NCBI RefSeq assembly: GCF_009914755.1
Contig: NC_060939.1
Length of the DNA stretch: 64,000 nucleotides
Reading direction: 5' to 3' (one strand)
Source: the human T2T-CHM13v2.0 reference genome, Homo sapiens
Each line of letters begins with the position of its first letter. The first letter of the stretch is position 1. The notes beneath the pieces are model-generated. The model was not told the origin of the DNA, did not search any database, and saw only the letters and a list, made by a program, of their open reading frames with translations. Below are positions 55,565 to 64,000 of this stretch, in pieces. A program made the position numbers and the translations under genes.

Positions 55565-56498
55565 GAGAATATCTTGAATATGGAATCTGCATTCTTATAA
55601 GAAAACTCTAATTTCAAGCGCAGTCTACAACACTCCTCCTCCTTTCCTGAAGCTACTATCACCCTTTTGGCCATGGGGCACCTAAGACAAGAGCTGTGCT
55701 TTTCTTCGGCTTTCACAGGACTCCAGAAAAAAATGAAATATCAGAGAGGAGGAGAAACTGGTTAGGTGATTCGCAGCCTAACGCTACCTCTCCCCTTCAC
55801 CCCGGATGCTAGTTCTAAAGGCTCACTTTCCAATGTCCTCACTTCTCCGTCTTCAGAGAACGGCCATCTGCATAGTAATGGTCACCTGCCCAGGCTCTCC
55901 TCCCACCCAAGGGATAAAAGCATCTCAGGGGCCCATTTTAACATTCCTGGGGCAGGAGGACTTCTATTCACTTTACTGTCAGTTTCCTTTAGGACCAATC
56001 TCCTTCTACTGCTCCTCCTTGTATTCCTATAAAATTTCTTCCTATTTCCATTGAGTTCTCCAACGGTCTCTGCCCGTTCAGATCTCCAGTGCCACTCCTC
56101 TCTGGATTAAATTCTTGTTCTTCACTCTCCTCACCTTTGATCATACTTCATTAGAAGGTGTGTATGTTGGGAAGATAGGTTGAAAGAGTTTTTTCAATAC
56201 CAGCTGGTGAAGATGAATCAGAATTGAAGTAAGCACATACATAACTGAAATTTCACTGAGAACAATTGAGTAATATGATTAAACTAAAACAAGATGATCG
56301 GTGCACAATATTTCTGTAACATAGCTATTACCGCAGACTGTGTACATCTGTCAGGTACAGCCAACAATAGTCTAAGAAGCTCAGAGTAGATGTTATGGCA
56401 TTTTTTTGAGAGCATTGTTTATAATCAGAAGTGTGTGGAAAGTCCATATTTGATTTGCAAGGAATCGTAATGTTGGGATGAAGGATACAGCCTCATAG

Positions 56499-56813
56499 TG
56501 AGACAGCCAAGTATAAAGTGGTCCCTGGAGAACCTCCGACCACCCTGGCACTGGGAGAATGGGGTGGAGCCGTGGGAAGTTCACACCCTTTGCAGTGGGG
56601 AGGAGCCTGGCCTCTCCTGTTTGGGGTGATAACCTGGGATTCAGTCTGTGAGGTGGGAAACCGATTAGCGGGACTCTCACTCTGCTGAGTCCATGTTTCC
56701 CTTTTTTTCCTTCCCACCCAATAAATTCCATTTTTTCTCACCCTTCAAAGTGTCTGGGAGCCTAATCTTTCTTGGTCATGTGACAAGGACCCTACGGCGA
56801 AAGTCCTAGAACA
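56499..56813 (+). mobile_element. ERV1 solo LTR (MER61 family)
   Basis: tgagacagccaagtataaagtggtccctggagaacctccgacc...aataaa...gtcctagaaca. TG...CA termini; flanks atag/atcg. Confidence 0.8.
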
Positions 56814-57709
56814 ATCGAAACTTAAAGAAAATTTGGAATGCTGCAATGATTGCCTTTCAGATAAATAAAATAAAAGATCTGCTGAGTGTATTTAATACTT
56901 AGTTCACAGCTTGGTATCCAAGAAACTTCCCTACCCTACATCATTTCTTCCTTAGTCTTTTCTAATTCAGATTGGAATCTGTCAACATTTAAAGATACTT
57001 CTGACTCCTTGTGTCCACTTACATGGTCCTGGTTTTCACAGACCTTTCCAATTAAATGGCGTTGTTCTTGAAAAGCAGGACAGTCTCATCTCTTTTAACC
57101 ACATGTCTACTGATATGTACCCACTACTATGCCTATAACCTGAAGGTACCAGGACCATAGCATTTTAGTCCTCAGACATCATCTAATTCAGGCTAAAAAA
57201 AAAAAAAAATGCTAGGGCTAGAATCCAATTCTCAGATGGAATCTAATACCAACCACAATATAAATTCTAGTTAAAAAAAAGGTCTATGAGAGATTTTTCA
57301 ACTCATGCCTACTCAGCCTCCATCTTGAGAAGGGGATGCCCTTCTCTCTGCCAACCCTGAAGGCACAGGAATGGAACTATATGATCCTGTGAATAACAGT
57401 TTGAAAATGACTGATCTTGTATAACCTCTGAATTTTTCTTTGGAAACGGAGGGTCAGAGAGATTAAGCAGCATAGCCAGTGTGAAACAGCAAGTATTACA
57501 CAAAACCGGGCCTAGGAACTGTTTCCTGACAGTTCCTATTATGGATTTCCTTTTAACAGGGGCAAAAAATAAGACTCAACAGAAAAAATAGAAAACATTT
57601 CCCCAAGATGTGATGTTGAGAAGAGTTTATGTTTGAAGGATCTGTGTACACTTAGGAATGTTTATTGCTGAGGGTTTTATTCAGGACTCCATGCTTCTTC
57701 TTCATTTCT

Positions 57710-58016
<307 letters not shown>

Positions 58017-58100
58017 TAGCATCTTCATTTCTCTAGAATGTAGATGGATCAAAGTGATTCAATTTTTTTTAAAAAAAGGCATCATAAAAATGAGAATGAA

Positions 58101-58432
58101 GACCAAGTGCAGTGGCTCACACCTGTAATCTCAGAACTTTGAGAGGACGAGATGGAAGGATTGCTTGAAGACCGTGTTGGTTGAGACCAACCCTGGTGTG
58201 GGCAACAGCAAGTAGACCAGCCTGGGCCAGGAGTTTGAGACCAGCCTATCTCTCTAAAAACTAAAACAAACAAACAAAAAAATTAGCTGGGTGTGGTGGC
58301 ATGTGCGTGTAGCTACTAGGGAGGTTGAGATGAGAGGATTGCTTGAGCCCATGAGTTCAAGGCTGCAGTGAGCTATGATTGCACTGCTGCACTCCAGGCT
58401 AGGTGACAGAGTGAGACCTCAACTCTAAAAAA
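58101..58432 (+). mobile_element. AluJ with rearranged left monomer
   Basis: J diagnostics (ggattgcttgagccc, ggctgcagtgagctatgatt); aaatgagaatga on both flanks. Confidence 0.85.
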
Positions 58433-60208
58433 TGAAATGAGAATGATATCAAAATCTCATAGCAGAGAGAACCAAACCGGAGAAAGGCAGCTTGTATTCT
58501 GAGATTTTGAGAGGAGGGTTAACAGTTTGAACTTTAATAGGGCTGGTGATCAGAAGCTTGTTAGAGTTAAATGCTACCTCTATTTGGGGAAAACTCTCGA
58601 GTTAATGAGGATTTCTGGAGTTACTCATCATGACTGTGTCTTTTGGAGACTGGATGATTAATAATAGCAAGTAGTAGAATGAGGGTGGCAGGCTGTCTTC
58701 TAGCCCTGGCTGCCTGATATTACTGCAGGAGGTAGAAATTGGTAGACTATTCTTTGATTGTTCTATTCAAAGCTAGTTGTAATTTACTCAGGTTTTGTGT
58801 GGGCAGGAAAAAACATGTCAGAGAGAGACACATAATCAAAATATTGAATCACAGAAATATAGCACGTGGGCTAGCTCTGGGGCCACCAGTTTTAGACTGC
58901 AAGGGAAAATTGGTGAATGGAGTTAGCATAGAGGGCAGCTGCCTGGCTATAGTTTGGGATTTCTTCTGAGCTGAAGCAGAAGGAAAGATTTAGCAACTGT
59001 TTGTCGTGGCAGAAAATCATCTCTGATCGTTTGTGGGGCAGAGGATTGGAGTCAAGAAGATATAGACAATTTCAAACGAGAAATCCTGACCTGTGTTGTG
59101 TGGAGCTGTGTTTGCTTGATGAACCTGTTATAACTCCATCCACCTTCACTCCAAGGTAAAGATCTTTTTAAATCAAGAAAACAAAAGTAAAAATTAGAAC
59201 CTAGTCCTAGCAAGTTGGAATGTAGTTCAACCCCCACATACACCTGTAGGAATTGTCTTCTCTTAACAATTTTCCTTAAAATTTGCTGTAGACACCTCGA
59301 TTTCTTCCTGTCTCATCTTTTCCCATAAGATGAGCTGGGAGTCAACTCTTGTCAGTCCAAAGGCATGATATTCAGCCCAGTGCAAATCCTTGGACTCTGT
59401 GATGCTGTGGACACAGCCTTCAATGGCATTGACCTCACATGACTTGGGTCCAGATTCATTTTTGCCTCTCACAGTTGTGTGAACTTAGGCATGTTACTTG
59501 ATTTCTTTTTTCTTTGTTTTTTGGTTTCACTTCTTTATCTGAAAGCCAGAATAATTATACCAGCTTCATGAAGCTGGCATGGGGATTTAAAGACTTCGAG
59601 AAAAATATATGTCCAGTTCTCAGCCACGGTTACCATATTGTGTGTTCCCCATACTATTTCTCTTGTGATGGCTTCCTGGATGTAGCCCATGTTTCTAATT
59701 TACCTAAGGTTTACATGTTTGGAATCACTTTTTTCCTTTAGTCAACTATTTTAGGATTTTTTTTTCTCTCCAGTAGAAGGAAGTGGAGAATAACCTAGAA
59801 CACCTGCATGAGGTACAAGTTCTTGTCTCATACCTGTTTTGATGATTCCTAGGTTCTGTGCAAGGCATCATTTGAAAAGCAAAGAGGCAGTGCCCTCTGT
59901 GGGCTCACCTAACAGCTGAGAGCTCGTGGCATTCTGTAGCTTACTGAGACTTTAGGCATTACTAATTTGTAAAATGAGAAAGTTCCACGGTATAACTCCT
60001 AAGCTAGAGTCCTCAGTTACACATCAAGAAAATTTAATAAGCAATCTATCAACATGTTACCTTGTCTATGTGGATCGAGTTTTCTCCTCTTTAAGTTGTT
60101 TCTTAATGTGGTACATTCTTGTACCTTCAGGTAGCCTGAATTTTTAGAATACTGTGAACATGTACTTTTACTTGGCATTCCCACATCTGGTCTGTTAGCA
60201 AGTCGTTC

Positions 60209-60979
60209 TGAGGCGAAAGAATTCCCTTCACCCACTCATGGGATTGCAAAAGGGGTGTGGCTTGTTTACCTGGCCACCATGCCCTCGAACCCCTGGTGGG
60301 AGGGGGAGGACACAGGTGAGCAGGTGTGGGGCTGGGCCCAGCGCTTTTGGGTTCCGGCCCCACAGCAGCATCTAAGGGTGAGTTAACAATTAATGCTCTT
60401 TTAGCAGTTGCCATCCACTGACGGCTAAGTGTTAACCAGCTCGGCGGGGAGACGAGGCGACAGTCTTTTACAACTTGCCCTCTTGGTTTTACACTGTGCC
60501 CTCTTGGCACCCGGGTTCTTGTCCGGCGTCCAAGAAGAATTAGGTCGAATGATTGGTTTGAAAGATGATGAATGCGGAGGATTTTTTTAAGCGGTGGAAA
60601 TGGCTCTCAGTGGAAGGGGAGCTGAAAAGGCTATGGTGTGGGAAGAAGGTGATCTTTCCCTGAAGCCCGACCTTCTCGGGCCAGGCTCCATTCTGAAGTT
60701 GTGCCATCTGAAGTTAAGTTGAGACTGTCTGTAGTTTCCAATGCTCAGTTGCTTCTTCTCTCCATGTCAGCCGCTTGCCTCTTTGCCAACTGATGTCTGG
60801 GGTTTATATGGGCACAGGATGGGCGGGGGGAGGGGGGGAAGGCCAGAAAAGTAACATTTGAGCAGGAAAACAGGGATAAGTCTTCTCCTTTAGGGACGCG
60901 GATTCCAGGCTTGAGGGTGGGGCCTTTGTCGTGAACCGCCCTCTTCTACCCAGTATTTCCCTGCCTCCTGTCCATATCA
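60209..60979 (-). mobile_element. ERV1 solo LTR (LTR1/LTR27 family)
   Basis: Minus strand begins TGATATGGACAGGAGGCAGGGAAATACTGGGTAGAAGAGGGCGG and ends in CA. Flanks gttc/attc. Confidence 0.85.
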
Positions 60980-60999
60980 ATTCCTGTCAAGACTTCCTT

Positions 61000-61515
61000 C
61001 AAAATATGTTCCGAATCTACCCACTTTTCCTCAGCATCATAGGCAGTGTCCCTCTGGATTGGCAGAATTGCCTTTCGCCTGGGTTTTGCATTTTCACTCA
61101 TGCCTCTCTGCAGCCTTACTCTCCCCAAAGCAGAAGAGCGTGATTGTCTAAAATGGGGATTAGATTTTGTGACTTCCAGATATAAAGACTTTGCATGAAT
61201 TCTTGTTGCTTTTCGTGAGGTCTAAACCTCTTACTGTGTCTAGAGAGCTTTGCATTATCTTTCTTTTTACTCATCTTTATCTCCAGTTCCTCTCCGCTGA
61301 GCCTTTTCTCTGGCCATATTGAACTCTTTGATTTCACTCACATGCCAAGCTCTGTTTGGCTTCAGAACTTTGTCTTGTAACTCTTTGTCTGGAGAAGACT
61401 TGCTCATTGTCATCTCTCTAAATATCACATCCCCAGAGACTTGTTTCTGGAATATCCTATGAAAATGAGCACCCCATTACTCTGTTTTGGTTTCTTGATA
61501 TGATTTATCACTTTT
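61000..61515 (+). mobile_element. LINE-2 fragment
   Basis: aatatgttccgaatctacccactttt...cagaagagcgtgattgtctaaaat resembles L2. Boundaries approximate. Confidence 0.55.
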
Positions 61516-61599
61516 TCAATTATATTAAAATGATTTTTTTAAAACCGCTTGAATAAGTCATTAAAATGATTTTTTAAAAACCACCTGAATAAGTCATTA

Positions 61600-63320
61600 A
61601 CCATTAAAGAAACTAAGTTAGTAACCAAAACCTTTAGATTCAGATTATTTTATAGGTAACTTTTATAAAATCAGGCTATAGATAATTTCTAGCCTACACA
61701 ATCTGCTTCAGACAATAAAAAGGAAAAGCTACAATAATTATTTTTATGAAGCTAGTACAAAATAAATATCTTAAGCAGAGGATAAGAAAAAATTAAAAGC
61801 CGATCTCATATACTGAATATAAAAGTAAAAATCCTAAGAACAGACTAGCAAGACTGGAATCCAACTGTGTATGTATTTAACGCAGACATATTTATCTGTT
61901 ATCTATCTATCTATCATCTATCTATCTATCTTCTAACTTTTTTTATGTCTAATTTTAGGGGTCTGACTTTATAATAATGTAGTCCAAAAATAGTTTTATA
62001 AGATAAAAAGATATTGTCGTGGGGTGGGGGGAGGGGGGAGGGATAGCATTAGGAGATATACCTAATGTAAATGACGAGTTATGGGTGCAGCACACCAACA
62101 TGGCACATTTATACATATGTAACAAACCTGCACGTTGTGCACATGTACCCTAGAACTTAAAGTATTATAATAAAAAAATAAAAAATAAAAAAAATAAAAT
62201 GAGTTTGGAAAAAAAGATACAAATATAAAGATTAAAATGGGTACATTGGAGTATAATAAAATATAAAAAAACCCTACTTATCTTCAATGAAAATGCTTTA
62301 TACAAAGTTAAGTAACACAGTCCACAGTTCAGGAAAGCACATATAATCATTAGTGCCAGTAATTTATAAAGAACACCTACAGTTCAATAAGAAAAAACAA
62401 GCAGCCAAATAAACAGTTGAGCAAAAGACATGAACATATAATTCACATAAAATAACACATACATGCCCAATAGCTATCAGAATAAATATTTAAGCTTACT
62501 AACAAATAGAAAATGCAAAATAAAATTATGAGATGATATTCCAGTGATTGGGAAAATCTTAAAGTCTGATAATAAAAATAACAAGAGTTGTGGGAAAATA
62601 AACTCAAATTTTCAGTGAATGTGTAAATTGGTCCTACTACTTTCAAAGTAATAGGACAATATCTATTGAAATTGAAGATGTCTATACACTTTGGTTCAAT
62701 ATTTCCAATTCTACTAGAAACTGTTGCATTTATGTGAAAGGAGATGGGTATAAGAACGTTACAAATAAATTTTGGAAAGTACCTAAATGTCCATCAAAAG
62801 TGATTGGGTAAACAAATTTCTAACTAGGAATGCTACACAGCAGTTATAATTAATGATTTAGAACTAAATTTATAAACGTGTACTTCGGAAAAATAAACTA
62901 TAATATTAAGCCAAAAAAGCAAATTACACAATAATGTCAATATTGTTGTACCTTTGATAAAAATGTTAATAAACATACAATAAAATAGTATTTACATTTT
63001 ATAAATATGTGTATATATGTGGCATAAGGACTTGCCTGAGAATTACAAGCACAGAATTCAGGAGAGCAGTTAGCATCCCAAGTAAGGGAAAATGGGAGGA
63101 TGTGATTAGAAGGAAAACATAGGAAGTTCCAACTTTATTGGCAATGTTTTATAACAACATCAGAAGCAAATGTAGTGAAATGTTAATACTTTATAAATTA
63201 AAAAGCTATGAGGTAGATACACAGACTTTCATTATATTAGTCTTTATAACATTCTGTATAAAGTATTTTGTAATAAAATATATAAAGCTTTTCTTCATAT
63301 ATTTGTTAAAATATGCATTT
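61600..63320 (+). mobile_element. Old L1M/L1ME remnant, interrupted by the L1PA fragment
   Basis: Degenerate ORF2 text (gcaaaagacatgaac, atgcaaaataaaattatgagat, cctaaatgtccatcaa). Boundaries approximate. Confidence 0.65.
62014..62200 (+). mobile_element. L1PA (PA4/PA5-like) 3'UTR fragment with poly-A
   Basis: gggatagcattaggagatatacctaatgtaaatgacgag...ccctagaacttaaagta followed by an A tail. Confidence 0.9.
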
Positions 63321-64000
63321 GTTTCCACCCCAACACCTCCACATTTTCATCTAATTTTAAATTAAATATAAACAGTTTATTTCTGGAAAAAGGAAAAATA
63401 ATATTAACAAAATCAAATTAAAAAAGTAGCATTCACATTTCTTTGAAACAGTGCACATATAATTTCTCCCAAAAGCTATGCCATATGTCTATATTTTTTA
63501 ATCTGACATTCTTTTTGGATACTAACTGTTTCACCCTGTTGTTGATTTCATAACTTTTTTCTTGATTGGGTGTTTGTCATTTTGCTCAAATATTCATGTT
63601 AAGACTTCTTCTTATTTACTTCAGTATCCAAAATATCCATCCATGAGTTAGAATGTGGTAGAATCAGGCTTACAGCACAAAACCAACTCCATAAATGTTT
63701 GCTGAATCCCTTGTTGGTTGACCATCTTAACTTGGTGGTAATTATACAAGCATGATGAATACTATTTTGTAAAACGTGGTTCTCAATCTATTGATGATAT
63801 ATTTATTTTCAGCTTTTTAAATATACACACATGGAAATATAACAAATCAAAGTACAGTATTATTAGCTAAATTTGAATTTCAGATATTCAATTAATTTTT
63901 CAAAATATAAGTATGTCCCATGGAATATTTGGGACCTATTTACACTAAAAATTATTTGTTATGGTTGACAATTCGGACTAGGCTGGGCACCTTGTATTTT

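Overview
Primate (human-like) non-coding genomic DNA. I see no host protein-coding exon, tRNA or rRNA gene, or CRISPR array, and I cannot name the locus from sequence alone. The main feature is a 5,791-bp HERV-H provirus on the minus strand (24661-30451). It has two LTR7 copies, a 5-bp TCCAT target-site duplication, an intact 18-nt tRNA-His primer-binding site, a PPT, the major splice donor and decayed gag/pro/pol, with two tandem-repeat arrays in its leader. The rest is a mosaic of ten Alus, several L1 pieces (two of them 5'-inverted, twin-primed insertions with TSDs), solo LTRs (two LTR1-like, MER61, MST), DNA-transposon relics (MER44, MER58A, MER3), MIR/L2 fragments and microsatellites. Structure not explained by these repeats: (1) a nested palindrome at 34006-34111 with perfect 29-bp arms enclosing two tandem mini-hairpins; (2) a ~225-bp diverged direct duplication 1.5 kb apart (47934-48157 / 49432-49653); (3) a ~8-kb transposon-poor block (~42-50.4 kb) with HOX13-, PBX-HOX- and MEIS-type motif clusters, suggesting developmental enhancers; (4) a 384-codon chimeric ORF created by an L1PA2 inversion. 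Repeat subfamily calls come from my recall of consensus diagnostics and need RepeatMasker/Dfam confirmation.
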